Below, in pieces: positions 36,501 through 49,774 of a stretch of 64,000 nucleotides of DNA. The stretch comes from Protoeuglena noctilucae (Eukaryota): positions 434,001-498,000 of the forward strand of contig OY253678.1 in NCBI GenBank assembly GCA_958009085.1, in the 5' to 3' direction. Within the stretch, counting starts at the first letter, position 1, and every line of letters starts with the position of its first letter. A model generated the notes under the pieces. That model was not told the DNA's origin. It was given only the letters and a program-made list of their open reading frames with translations, and ran no database searches. Made by a program: the position numbers and the translations under genes.

Positions 36501-39500
36501 GCACACGGTCCTGGGTCGTTGCGTCGGCTCCCTTGCACCCGCGGACATGCACCTGCCATCAAGGCGCCTTGCTGCCGCGAGGCTCGTCACAGCCCATGTG
36601 CCGCTGACAGCTGGACGCGCGGCCCACCCTCGCAGGTCCCCGAGGCAGGCGGCCCTGAGCTCTGGGAGGGCGACGTGCACTCGATGGTGTCTGGCGCCGT
36701 GTCGGCCCTCGCCCTGTCGTTCGACGGCAAGTACGTCATCAGCGGGGCCAGGGACGGGTCCATGCTCGTGATGGAGAGCTTCCTGCCCGGCGCGGATGGC
36801 GACGCCCTGGACGGGGACGTGGAGCACCTGCCGGCGGTGGGGGACAACCCGTGTGTGGCAGCTGAGGACTTCCCCGCGGGTGCCCTGACCGAGGAGGAGA
36901 AGAAGAGGCAGGCGCAACGGGACGCGGAGGCGGCGGCGGCCGAGTCGAAGAAGCGCAGCATCCGCGACGAGGTGGCCAGCATCCGGCAGCAGCTGGCCGC
37001 CATCCAGAGGGACAACGACGCGGCATCCAAGGCCGAGCGCATCGACGCGCACTTGCTCGAGGTGGACCCGGGGCTGAACGAGATGGTGAGCGCGGGAGCG
37101 ATGTGGAGGATCTAAGCAGGCTCGCGGGTTGTGTTTAGATCCACGCACGCGAGGGCAAGCTTCTGACATCCCTGACGCGCGCGCGATTGTCATATGTCCG
37201 CAGATGTCCCTCCGCCGGCGCGCCCTGGTGGAGGAGGCGGAGCGGGAGGGCCAGTGGGGCTCTGAGAAGAAGCGCCTGGCGTTGGAGAAGGTCCGGCAGC
37301 GCTTCTTCGGGAGCCTGGCGTGCGATGGATTAGAACTGCGGGGCCTGCGGAGCCACCTGCGCGTCCGGAGCATGCGGTGCGAGCGCCTGTCTCCCGAGAC
37401 GGTGGCGGAGCTGGCGGAGCTGCGGGCGCAGCTGGCGGAGGAGTCGGGGTGGCAGAGCAGCCAGCACATGGCGGCGAAGATCCAGAAGGGGCGCGCGCGG
37501 GGCAAGAGCCAGATCCACGAGGACGAGGGCATGGTGGGCACGGAGGACCACGGGAAGCGGAGCAAGCAGAACAAGCACGACGTGTGGCGGCAAGCGCGAC
37601 TCGCGCGGCAGAGGTGCGGCCAGCCGCGCGGCTGTGCAAATGTCGTTGACGACCCTCGGTGCTTTGAGCTGCTTGCGGACGCAGACGCGCAGCGGTAGAC
37701 TGGTCCTGTGGAACTGCACGGATGATGTCGTTGTCAGATGTGTTCATCGCGACATCCTCTTATCTGTCGTCCCTGCAGGGAGCTGGCGTTCTTCATGTCG
37801 ACGCGTCCGGACGAGAAGTACGAGAACCCCGACGACGTGGCGGAGATCGTGGAGGCCGAGCGCACCATGGGCGACTACAAGCTCAAGATGGACAAGAACT
37901 ACATTGCGCCGGAGGGGGAGAGGGTCGACGCCAAGCACAAGCGCCTGCAGGTGCGAGGTCGAGCGGCTGCTGTGGTGACATGCGGGCCTCCGGGTACCAG
38001 TGCCTGTAAGCTTGCTGGTCTCTGGTGCATGTGAGCCTGCTGGTGGTACCCGGTGGGTCCTCGGGTCCTCGCATGCGGGGCTATGCGTGTGGGCAGGCAC
38101 ACAGACCATGCCCCATGAACACCTGCAAGTGCGGTGCTGGGAGCTACGTGGGCAAGTATTGAGGGTGCGTCGCGTCGCGCAGATCCTGGTGTTGGAGGAG
38201 GAGATCTTCAAGAGCAAACAGGACTTCAATGCGGCCTTCCTCGCCCTCCGCGACGAGAAGGAGTCGATCCTCAGGACCGTCGCGGAGAAGCGCGCACGCG
38301 CCGAGGACATCGCCTCCAAGCTCGGGCAGGGGCTCCCCAGCTCTCGTGAGTGGTGGCTGAAGCCTTGTGGCGTGGGTGGCGTGACGGGCGCTCGGTATGT
38401 GGTGGGCAGGGCGACGCCGGAAAGACACGCGCAGCCGCCGCCGACCCTCAACACGCTTCCTGGCCCCGCAGTGTTGCTCAGGGCCTCGCAAATGGGGCCC
38501 GAGGAGGTCAGGGACCGTACGTGGGACGTGGTGACGGAGGAGGACATCCGGGCGCACCAGGAGAGCGCGGCGGCGGCCGAGGCGCAGGGGAAGGCCGCGG
38601 GCGGCTTCGGTGGGTTCTCGCCTGCGGCGGCTCCCGCGGCCGGGGCAGCTGCCACTGCACCGGCGACCCCGGCCCAGGCACCCGCACGAGCTGCCAGCCG
38701 CATGGGCAGCGTCACCAACGAGTCCTCCGCGGGGAACGAATCGCGCACCACGCCGGCGAGGGCCGCTCAAGCCCGGGAGGCGAGTGCGCTCCTGCACTGG
38801 AGCCCGCGTCGCTGCCGGCCATCACACCCGCCGGCCTGACGGCAGCCACCAGCGAACCGTCACCGTCTCCCGCACGCTTCATACTCGCAGATGTCCGTAG
38901 CTGGGCGCTCCAAGACCCCCTCGAGCCGCAACCCGAGCCACTTGGGGTTCCGTAGCGCCGATGGCACGAGCGTGGACCTGGACGCGACAAACAGGTCCCA
39001 GGCGCTGGAGATCGAGTCTGAGGTGCAGCGCGTGCTGCTCGAGTATGAGCTGGAGGAGATCCAGCGGGACGTGGACGCGCTGGTCAAGTCCTTTGACGAC
39101 CGGCTGCGGGAGCTGCGGAGCCGGTGGTGCAAGACGATGAGCCTCGTGCAGTACCAGGCCATGAGGCAGCTCGTCATGTGGCAGGAGCTGCAGATGCTGC
39201 AGGTGCGGCCGGCGCGCGCGTGCGGGTGTCCGGGGTCAATGGCATGGACGAGTGCGGAATGGCGGCAATCGCAGCCGGCATGTCGGTCGCGCCTCCACCA
39301 CGCGCCTCCGCCACCGAGTGTGATCGCTGCACGCTTTCTTCGGTAACAATTGCAGGAGTTCGAGAAGAAGGAGCGGTCGCTGCAGCAGAAGCTGCGGGAC
39401 AAGGAGGACGAGGCGGCGCAGTGCGAGGCGAAGATCGCTGACTTCGAGGCCAAACTGGAAAGCAAGCAGGAGGAGGTGGAGGCGAGCCAGCAAAACAAGC

Positions 39501-41567
39501 AGGCCGTGATGCAGGTGAGGCGCGGGGGGAAAGCAGGCGGCCGGGAGCAGGACGGGGCTTGCAGTGCAGTTGCGCACTGCGCAGTGCGAAAGACAGCCAA
39601 CGGATGCAGGCTTGTCAATGCCTGGCAGTAACACCGGTACACTATCACCAAGTTGGCGGTGGTGTGCATCGTCGAGCCTTGCGCACCCGACCCGCGCCCT
39701 GACTACACAACTTACTCGCCTCTACGTGCCTCGCTCCCGCAGGAGTTCAACGAGCTGGTCCCCGAGTCCCATCCGTTCCGCGACCCCTTGCTGAAGATCT
39801 TCCAGCGTCGGATCAAGCGCAGCCGCAAGATCATGGGCGACGAGGACGACGAGGACGAGTCGGGTTCTGACGACGACTCTGACATGGACGACGGGGACTT
39901 CGAGGACAGCGACGCGGAGGACGAGGAGGCGTGCCCGCCGGACTGCGACAAGCTCGTGTACGAGAAGGTCTGCGAGCTGCGGGAGAGGCGGCTCGACGAG
40001 GAGGACGTCCTGGTGGAGCTCCAGAAGTCGATTGAGGCGTTCAAGAAAGAGCAGGACCAGGCGGGGAAGAAGCTCGCGGGCATGGAAAAGATCCTCAAGA
40101 GCATCAAGGCGGACATCCTCGAATTCCAGAAGGAGAAGCAGCAGGCCCTGGTGAGGGGGGCGCACGGTGGCGCGAGGTGCTGGGACGGCAGCTGGGCTGG
40201 GCGGGGTGCTCACTCGGTCAGGGTGCATGGTGTGGAGTGGCCGGTGCAGGCCAGGGCCTGCTTCGGGGCTTGGAGATGAACATGTGGGTTGCGTTGAGTG
40301 ACGATGTGTGGCCTTCACACCAAGTGGTTGGTCTGTGCCTGCAGAACAAGGTCAAGACGTCCTGCATGCTCAACCTGAGCCAGCTGCACTACTTGCACGA
40401 CGACAAGCTGCCCATGGACATGTCCAAGGCCCTGGTCTTCTCGGAGGTAAGTGGACAGTGGACAAGTCGCATCTGTCGCCCGTTTAGCACCGCCACAGCA
40501 CCATGCGCCATGCGGTGGCTTCCATGGCGATGTGGTACCGCGGACGCTGCCGACCGCAGCCACCTTTCTGGCCAGCATCCTGTGCGAACCGCTCTTGCTC
40601 ACTGTCGCTTCCCGCCAGGATCGGCTGAAGGGCCTCCGCCAGCGGATCGGGGAGCTCGTGCGGGAGCAGCACCAGCTGCGCGTGCGGCAGAAGAAGCTGA
40701 GGGCGGACCACAAGCAGCTGTCCAGGTCCAAGGTGGAGGCTGAGGGAGCCCTCGCCGAGCTCAGCGCCAGGGCCACGGGTGAGGCGACGTGGAGGGCGGG
40801 CAGGCCGAGAGGCGGCACAGCGGGTGCAACCTGTGACCCCGCACCTGGGGTGTCCAACTTGGACGCACTCCAATCAACGCATTCGCAGCGCCATGCATGC
40901 GTTCCAATCGAGCATTGCCCCGTTGCCTGACAGCATGCACTATCCCAGTCCATGGTATCGCTCGTCATTCGTTGCAGAGATCCAGCTGCTGAAATTCGGG
41001 CAGCTCGTGGACCTGGAGGTGGTGGACCGGGCGCTGCAGCGCAAAGGGGACGAGGACGTCCGGGAGGAGGTGCGGAAGCAGGAGCGACAGCTGAGGTCCG
41101 AGGCGGCCTTGCTGGACAAGCAGCTGGAGGCCAAGCAGGAGGAGCTGGCCGAGGTGAGAGCGAAGCGAGGCGTCGCGAATGCAGCCTTTCGCTTTGTTCC
41201 ATGACGCACTCGTAACGACACGACTGCCACAGCTGTCGTCTGCTGCATGGGGTCTGGCGACCCGCGCTGCGCCGTTTCGATGGGGCCGACCGCGGATACC
41301 AACATGACTCGGCTCTCGCAGCTCACCCTGCGCAACACGCAGCTGCTGGAGGACCTGGCGCAGCTCATTCAGGAGCAGCAGAGCCTGGGCCGGGCCATGC
41401 AGCACGCCGAGCGCGGGCTCTTCACGGACCCGATCAAGAAGCGGAGGGAGGAGATCCAGGAGCGGGACGAAATGGTGGAGGTGGTGCAGCGCCAGGCAGA
41501 GACCATCGAGAGCCTGCGGCACGAGCTGGCACTCCTGCGCAGCAAGATGGGGTCCGTTTACACCTAG
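33513..41567 (+). CDS. CFAP44: Cilia- and flagella-associated protein 44 (WDR52), WD40 + coiled coil, multi-exon
   Basis: [75 protein letters not shown] and LLKIFQRRIKR..CPPDCD..YEKV..RE.RLD.E. Also QLLKFGQLVDLE and the end LLRSKMGSVYT*. Confidence 0.95.
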
Positions 41568-41802
41568 CAGCCCGCCTGCTGGCGTCGCCACTGCGGGGGA
41601 CGTCATGTCCAGCTAGTGTTCGCGTCGCTGCTTTGCTTTTCTTCTGGGGGACTCTTGGGTAAAGCCTACCCTAGGGTTAAAGTACCCATTCTTGTCCTTT
41701 CAATCGTGATACGGTTGATTAGCGGCATAAGAGACGGAGGTATGCGCGACTTAGGAGCCATACAAGGTGGAAGGAAGAGCATTGAGACGACGGCGCTGAC
41801 AC

Positions 41803-43797
41803 ATGATGGAGGCCCGGGACCGCCCCGAGGAGGCGCCCGTGGGAAGCGGCAGGGGCGAGAAGAGGGACCGGGACCGCGCGGATGAGATGACCGCTGAGAG
41901 TGACGAGCAGCGGGACCGAGAGCGTCTAGAGGGGCGCCCCGCCGAGAGAGACGAGGAGCGGGACCGAGAGGGGGGCCCTGGGACGCGCGGCGACGGCGCC
42001 GGTCCTGGAGACGGACGCAGCGATAAGATCTGTTTCAAATGCAAGCAACCGGGGCACGTCGCGTCGCGCTGTCCTTTGGGGAAGCACAACGCGGGCCCAC
42101 AGGACTACTGGGGGACGGTCTTTCGCGTCCTGTGCATCAAGGTGAGACCGGGTTGGGGGCCTGCGTGGCCGTTACGATTGCTTGCAAGGAACGTCATGTT
42201 GTTGTGGGGCTGCGGCCATGATAGTGCGAGGAAGCTGCCGCTGCATCCCTGAGCTGGTGCGCGAGCTAAGTTAGCTAGCGAGCTGAGCTAAGCTTGACGG
42301 TGCGTGCAGGCGCCGGGGTCAGATGTGGTCCGCGCGAGTGTCGCGGGCGTTTTGGATACGGTGCGGGTACCACCGGGGATTTGGGCGCTGACGGACGACA
42401 CTCTCCAGGAGGTGATGGACGCGGCGATGAAGGGCTCGCAAAGGCAAGCGCTGCTACCCCAGCCGGGCCTGTTGCAGGGTGCATGCGCATTCCATGGCAC
42501 ACGTCTTGCTGCAGGTTGCAGGGGGGGACACAAATGGAGCACGTCTCTGCCTCAGCTGCCATATGCTCTGTCGCCACTGCAGGCGCCGCGTGCACGTCAT
42601 CCTGCTCACGTCGCACCACATCTGCGCCTCCGGGCACATCTTCTATCCCGACCGAAGCATCTTTGCCGTCGGCTGCCTGCCCGTCGACATCTGGCCAGAC
42701 CAGACGCAAGTCCGTGCGACCATGTTCGTGGTGCGTGTGGCCCCACCCTGCTCCGCACTGCTGTGCGCGTGCCTCGTCTCGGTCTCATTGCGCATGATGT
42801 TGGCGTCCCGCAGAACTATCGCCACGCGGGCCACCTCCCCATCGACCGGTTCCCGGACCTTGCTGACCGTCTCAAACAGGCCGGCAACCGGCCCTTCACC
42901 ATCACCAAGGAGATGGCACAGGAGGTAGCGAGCGCGCTGGAGGCGCAGGAGGGCGTCCTGTCCAGGCCCCCGCCCGTCATCCCCGATGCATTCAGGCGAG
43001 TGTGAGGGAGTCGGCTTGGGGTGCGCATGTCGCACCAGGGAGGTGCTGTTTTCTATGGCATTGCGCCCTTGTCCTGCCTTCTTCTTGGCCGACACGCAGG
43101 AGGCGTGAACGAAGGCTTCCTTGCGCCCGCAGACCTTACGCGGCCGAAAACGTCTTCTCGCTTCTAGAGCACGGCTTGACGCACGGGGCGCGGGGGCGCT
43201 GGCGGAAGCGCCAAGACCTGGCGTGGTCGCGGAGGTGGGCTGTGCTGATGCCTGCGGAGCGCATCGCGGCATGCGGCTTATCGAAGCCTTTTGGAGCGCA
43301 CGGAGGGATGGACTGTGGGGCCGGCAACACCGCTGGCTTTTATCTCTGCAGTGAGTCGCGGGCGTTGAAGGACCGGGCAAGGGGCAGCCCAGAGCTCGAC
43401 GAGGACTGGCCCAAGCTGGACATCTTGAGGATGAGGTGCGCCGTTGGGCAGGAGGGCCGAGGTGCCAGGGTGTCACCTTGCACATCACAACACGTTTCAT
43501 GTCTAACACAAACTCTCGGGTCTCATCCTCCTCTGCAGCTACGCCCAGTATTGCCGCTTGCATAAGCGCATTCGGAAGGAGCGGAAGAAGGAGGAGGAGG
43601 AGAGGAGGGAGGGCGACGGGGACCAGGAGGTGCGCTGCCTGCGCACAGCATCACAGCATCACACAGCGCCACAGACGACGCTTCGCGGAAGCGGTGTATC
43701 CTCACAGCCCCTCCCTGCGTTGGCGATCGCAGAAGCTGCAGAAAATGCTCAAGATGCTGGCGGCGGGGCTGGCACAGCAGTCATGAGGGCGTCATGA
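41803..43797 (+). CDS. CCHC zinc-knuckle protein with a divergent YTH-like domain
   Basis: An RD/RE-rich N-terminus is followed by the clear knuckle CFKCKQPGHVASRCP. Next comes FRVLCIK..VVRAS..GIWAL..VHVILL, which resembles the YTH pattern (tentative), and later LDILRMSYAQY. Confidence 0.6.
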
Positions 43798-43884
43798 GGG
43801 CGGACAATGGTCGCACCAGTGTACCAAGTTTCAGTTCTGGAATGCCGCGTGTCTGACGATAGAAAGACTTGCTGGGGCTCGCGC

Positions 43885-44611
43885 TTAGCTCTTCGTGTCT
43901 GTGCCGTGCTGGCCCGCTCCTTTCCCTCGGCGCTGAGAGGGGGATTGAGTGAGTACAAACCTGAGGAGACGCTGGCAGGATCTGAGCTTCGTTAAAAGAG
44001 AGGACGCGGCGCGCGGCGCCCAGCGTGCCGCGTTGGGCCCCCAGCGGCTCGAAGCGCCATGGCAGGCACGTACGACTCGTCGAGATTCGTCGTACAGAGC
44101 ATCAGCTCGGCAGAAAGGCGAGCGTCGCGATGACGACAGAGCATGGCGCTGCGCAACCGCGGTGCACGCCGGCATTCGACGCGACGTCCGAAAGAGCTGC
44201 CTGATCCCGTTACCAAAGGGTGCAGCGAACCCGCGAGCGTCTTGCAGTGGCAACGTCGATGACGACGCACGCCACGCGGCCCGCCCTCTGGTCAGCGGGG
44301 GGCGACGGGGGCTGTCCTCGGAGGACGTTTCAGGGGCCCATCCTGTCCTTTTATCGACCGATGGCCCCGCATCGCCATCCGCGCAGGGGAGAGCATGTGT
44401 CTGACGCTCCAAGCCCATCTCGCGGCAGCGGCACGCCCTGGTCCCAGCCGAGTCACCGGGCAGCGCCGCGAGGTCCCCACCAGCACACGCGAAACCTGAC
44501 GTACGACGAGCTGCACCCGGTCGGCCTCATTGAGACTCCTGCAACGAGCAGTCCGGACGGGTCATCGCCTTCGAAGGACGCGACGGACGAGGTGCTGCTG
44601 CTCGCATGCAT
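43885..44611 (-). CDS. Possible hypothetical protein
   Basis: Open stretches (MHASSSTSSVASFEGDD..; ..ADALYDESRR) have plausible splice sites but no recognisable motif. Confidence 0.2.
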
Positions 44612-44667
44612 GCGCAAGCGACCCTCTCTGCGTGCCCCTGCGATTGCGCCCGTGCTTATGGCTGCCA

Positions 44668-47389
44668 ATGGCGTCATTAAGCGACACGGATCACACATCG
44701 CGCCGATCGCAGGAGACGAAGGACCACCGCTTTGTCGACGAGCAGGCCCCACAGAATGGCGCCCTCACTCGCATCGTGTGGCTCTCTTTGGCATCCCGGG
44801 CCGCGTGCCTCCTGCTCTTCATGGTGACACATCATCGCCGCATCAAAGCTCGTCGACGCACTGCTCCTGAGGCCCCTGCGCTCCCAGCGGCGGTGCTCAG
44901 CCGCTGCGATTGTGGGCTTTTCCTTGGGCCGCAGTGCTTCGACGTCCTCATCGCGGACTACGACACGTCCCCCGAGTTAGGAATCGCGTGCACCGGCCCC
45001 GAGTACATCGTTCCCGTCACGTGGGGCCCCGGGAGCCGAGGTGGCGTGCCCCTGCTGTCCCGGTTGCTGCAGGGCTTGATGGTCTGGGACTCGGTGCACT
45101 TCGTGTCCATCGCCAAGTGCGGGTACGAGTTCGAGAACCAAGGAGCCTTCTTCCCGTTCGTCCCTCTCGCAAGTGAGGCCAGCGGCGGGCCGCCCTTGGC
45201 GCAGACACTGCTCGCGCGACGGGCGGCACCCGAGCCGCGCTGTCCTCCCTGTCATCGCCGCAGTGCGCATCCTGCACAACACGGTGCTTCTGCCGGTCGC
45301 CTTCCTCCTCGGCTCCATCCCGACGCTCATCCTCGCGGCCCTGCTCGTTTCCATGGCGTCCTTCGCTGCCGCGGCCGCCGTGCTCTATCGACTGAGCCTC
45401 CTCATAACCGCCAGCGCCAGGCGAGTTCACACCGCATGTCCTCATGTCCGTGCCCAGGCTGTGACTGTGCTTGTATCAGCTGCTCGCACTTCGTCGACTC
45501 ACGTGCCGCCCCAGCTCTGCACCGCGGCCGCTGTCTGAATGCAGAGCCTGGATACCGTCTCCCAAACCCTCTCGCGGTGTCACCGCCGTGCCTGCAGTGC
45601 GTCGGCGACGGCTACGCTGCTGTTCATCTTCAACCCTGCATCAGCCCACTTCACCGCCGCATACTCGGAAGCCCCCTTCGCCCTTTTCTCCATGTCGGGG
45701 ATGCTCTTCACCATGCGCAGCGACAGCTTCCGGTGAGCGTCGGCAGGACACATGCTGGTCATCTCAATTGGCCAGTGAAATGAGGGCGCGCGCCCCTCCT
45801 GCACCGCCCTCGCAGGGACCAGGCGCTCGCCGCCGCGTGCTTCGCCCTGTCATGCACCGCCCGCTCCAACGGCATTCTCAACGTCGGCTACCTCGCATGG
45901 ACCTGCATTACGCAGCTCATTGCCCTGCGCAAGGCGCCCACCCGCGCGGCCGTTGTGGTCCTGCGCACCGTCGCCCTCTCGGCCCTGGCTCTGTGGCCGT
46001 TCGTCGCATTCCAGGCGAGCCAGAGGGGCGCGCATCCCGCAGGCGTGGCTCAGGGCTGAGCTCTGAGCCACCAAGGCGTGCACGGGAGAGTCTGGACAGA
46101 GACTGTGACCACGTGCTCCTAAAAGCTCCCCTCCGGCGCACCAGGTGCGATGGTCCCTTCGCAGCAAGTCAAGTATCGGTACCAATGGCTTCGACCCTCG
46201 GCCCCCGCAGGCCTTTGGGTACTTTCGCTTCTGCAGCGTCGAAGAGTCTCTGCGCCGGCCCTGGTGCTCCTGGGCGCTGCCTTACCACTACGGCTTCGTG
46301 CAGGAGCATTACTGGAACAACGGCTTCCTGCGGTTCTGGTCGCTCCGCAAGATCGGCAACTTCATCCAAGGTGTGTGGCACGGCACGACCTTCGCTATTC
46401 TAACGTGTAATGGTGCGCTGTGCCATGGACCCCCTCCCAACCTCTTCCCGCAGCGTTACCCGTCATAGTCCTTTCGCTCAGCGGCGTGTACGCGTGGCTG
46501 TCGTTCGACTGGACGCGAGCAGCGACGCTGGGCCTGCGGAGCCCAGTGCTGGTGCGCGGAACGTGCTGACAGCGGCGGCTGCGCTGGTAGCTGCCCACCT
46601 CCTTCTTCTCGCCGCAGGACCTGCGTCCTTGCTTCTCTTTTCACCCGCAGTGGTCGACCCTGCCCTCGTCGGCCAAGGTCATTGGGCCCACGCACTTACT
46701 TCGCCTCCCTCGGCGCCCCAAGGTTGCCAAGCTCGTGCCAGAAACCATGGCGTACCGCCTCTTCGCGGACGCGCCGGACTCTCAGGTGACGGTGCTTAGA
46801 GTGCCACTCTGAGCCCTGCCCTGCCCAGCGTGGGGCACCGCACGACTGCAGCGGCACCGTGACATCGATGCGCGATGCACTCTGCGCGCAGGGCAGCCAG
46901 CGGTGGTCCTGGGAGGGTGCGCACCTCGCAGACGATGCCAACGGAGACGCGGCGCCCCTGCGGCCCGCGGGACCCCCCGTGCAAGCCGTCGTGCCCTTTC
47001 TCGACGATGGGATGGCCCCGTTCGTGTTCCACTGGGCCTTCAATACGGTCTTCGCCCTGCTCTTCATGCACGTCGAAGTCGCGACCCGGTTCGTGTCCAC
47101 CCTGCCCGCCATGTTCTGGTGCGCCGCGAGCTTCAGGTGACGTTTGCAAGGGCGCGGCGTGGGGCGTGGGGCAAGCAAAGGCGCATGCAAACATAGAGGC
47201 ACTGCCGTGCGCCCCGCACTCGCCTGCAGCTCCGAGCGCTCCGTCAGATCCACCACATGTGAACACCGTGCACGCTTTGCCTCCCCTCATCTCCGCAGGA
47301 AGCCCGTCATGCACTTCACTTGGCTCTTCTTCCTCGGTTACTTTCTCATCGGTGCCCTCCTCTTCCCTAACTTCTACCCGTGGACATGA
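44668..47389 (+). CDS. PIGV: GPI mannosyltransferase II (PIG-V/GPI18)
   Basis: ADYDTS, VWDSVHFVSIAKCGYEFE...AFFP, NPASAHFTAAYSEAPFA, RSNGILN.GY, Y.FVQEHYWNNGFLRFW, MHVEVATRF and the end LFPNFYPWT*. Confidence 0.95.
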
Positions 47390-48233
47390 CAGCTTCTCCC
47401 ACGGTCCCACGGTCTGCCGACCCCGCTACCTGATTCAGTTATCAGCTGGCCCACCGGGGCCACGTGAGGAGCTTCGGGACTCGCAGCGGCATAATGGTTG
47501 CATGTAAAGGCTATGCGTTTCAAACACCGGAGCGTCGTCTGCCTACACTGGAGCCTCGTCACCCGTACGTTATCACTTGCTAAAGGCCCGGCTAGAGACT
47601 GACATGAACGGGGTGCCACAAGGCAGGCACAGAGAAAGCCGACGAAGGAAGGGGAACGGGATGGGGGTTAGGAGAAGGCAAATCCAAATGTGAGAGCAGA
47701 GCGTGGGCTGGTCGATGCGCCACGAGAGCCGGGAGCGGGACTGTGCACTCGCACGACCCGGCCGGCCTGCCCCATGCATACTAGCATCCCCCAAAGGGGC
47801 TCAAAGTGCCGAGCATCGGCTTGGCTCGGCAATGGCCGCCACTGTTGCTACGGACCCATGCCTGCGCTCGTCTCGGGATGGAGGGCTGGCGGCCCTCACG
47901 GCGCGCCGCACCCCTCGTACGCCATCCGAGCGAGGCATGGCAGGGGCAGGCACTACAGGACAGTCGGGGCGATCGCACCCATCGACACCCGACCAGTGGG
48001 GGAAGAGCGTGCGGCACGAGAAATGCAAAACCCAGGAGCCGGCCGCCCAGAGGCTCGCTGGCATCCCGAACGACATTGCCGTCAAAAGGACGACTAGTGA
48101 AGTGGCCCCACGCAGGCGACCTCAGAGTGGGCAGGGCAAGGCAGAGAGGAATGCACCGGGGGGCTGGCCAGGTCTGCGCACCCCTGGTACCATCGGCAGG
48201 TGCCGCGGATGGGGACGGGAGGGGCGGACCCTG

Positions 48234-49774
48234 TCACTCGTCCTCCATCGCGTCCTCCTGCATGTCCACCCCGCCCAGCAGCAGCAGCGCGTCCGCCAGC
48301 TCCTCCATCTCCCTCTGTAAGCGAGGGAAACGCAACGCGGCCGTCATCCACCGCGACCCTCAGGCACTCCCTGCCCTCGCTGCCCCGCCCGCGCCCCACG
48401 CGCGACTACACGGCACCACCACGACCACGACCGCCCCGCCGCATCCGCCCACTCGCCTGCTCGCTGTTCTTGCGCTTCTCCATCCGTCGTGCGCTCCGGC
48501 GCACGGGGCCGTCGTCCTCGTCGCCGTCCCCGTGGTCGTCGCCCGACGACAGGATCGGCGAGTGGCCGGCCGCGGGGGCGCCGCGGCGATAGGTGAAGGC
48601 GGGCGCGGCGGGCGCCGAGGACGCCAGGGCCGCAGCGGTCGGGAAGCGGCCGAACCCGTCATCATCGCCCTCGTCGGGGAAGTTGGTGACGGCCCGGGGG
48701 CCCCGGATCTGCCGCGCCGCGCGGTCGTACGCTCGCGCCGCCTCCTCGGCCGTGTCGAAGGTCCCCAGCCACAGCCGCGCGCCCTTGTTGGGGTCCCGGA
48801 TCTCGGCGGCAAACTTGCCCCACGGCCGCTGGCGCACGCCGCGGAACTTGACCCCGCCCGACTTGGAGACGGCGCCGCCCTGGACGGCCTTGAGGGCGCT
48901 CGACACCCCGGCGGCGGAGCGGCGGGAGGCGGACCGCGGGGCGGAGGCGCCGAGGGGCGGGGAGCGGCCCAGCGGGGACGACCCCGCGGTGGTCGCGGCC
49001 GCGTGGGCCGACCGGCGGTCGGGGACGGCCGGGGTGGTGGGGAGCGGGTGCGCGCGGGACGCCGGGTGGGGGGGCGCGGGGGACGCGACGGACGGCTTGC
49101 GGACGGCGGGGGCCGGCACAGGGGCCGAACCCACCAGCATGGGCATGGGCCCCGAGTTGACGCCCGGTCCCGGCGGGCCCTGCGACCGACGCAGAGGGGC
49201 TGCCCGGATCGCCCACTGAGCCTCGCCGTGCGCGTCTCCCATCGCATCGCTTGCACCAGCAAACGGACTTGCCTGGAAGAACGTCGTGAAGACCACGGGG
49301 TACGGACTGACGATCGATATCGGGGCGCCGGCGGGGCCCGGGGCTCCGGGCGCGGCCTTAAGCGCGCCGGCGGCGGGGCCATGGATTCCCGAGACGGGGA
49401 GGGGCGGCATCGCCGCGTTGCGGAGCATGGCGGAGAGCCCGCCGGCGGGCGCGGGGGGGCTCTTGGCCGCGATCTTGTGCGTGGACACCTCCTCGGGCGC
49501 CGGATGATGTTGCGCCGGCTCCGGATCGCCGCCCGCCACCGCCCCGTCCGCGCCGTCCATGGGCTCGGACAGCGAGTCGTCCTTGGGGGACCAGGGCGGG
49601 GAGGGCCCGAAAGTGGAAGGAGGCGTGACGTGAGAGGCCTGCGGGGGGGCGCGGGGGCGTGGCGTGTCGGCGGCGGGCGGGCGCGCGGCCGCCGCATGTG
49701 CCGAGGAAGCGCCCCCATCGCACCTTCGTGGGCGGAGCCTGGACGGCCCCAACGTCGTACGCGGCGGTCATCAT
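48234..49774 (-). CDS. AP2/ERF transcription factor; may have further upstream exons
   Basis: [58 protein letters not shown]. The last exon [26 protein letters not shown] follows a GC-AG intron. Confidence 0.95.

Noticed and set aside
42262..42296. AGCT-rich mini-palindromes (gagctaagttagctagcgagctgagctaagct)
   Set aside because: They are too short and lie in the branch-point region of an ordinary intron. There is no evidence of an element.
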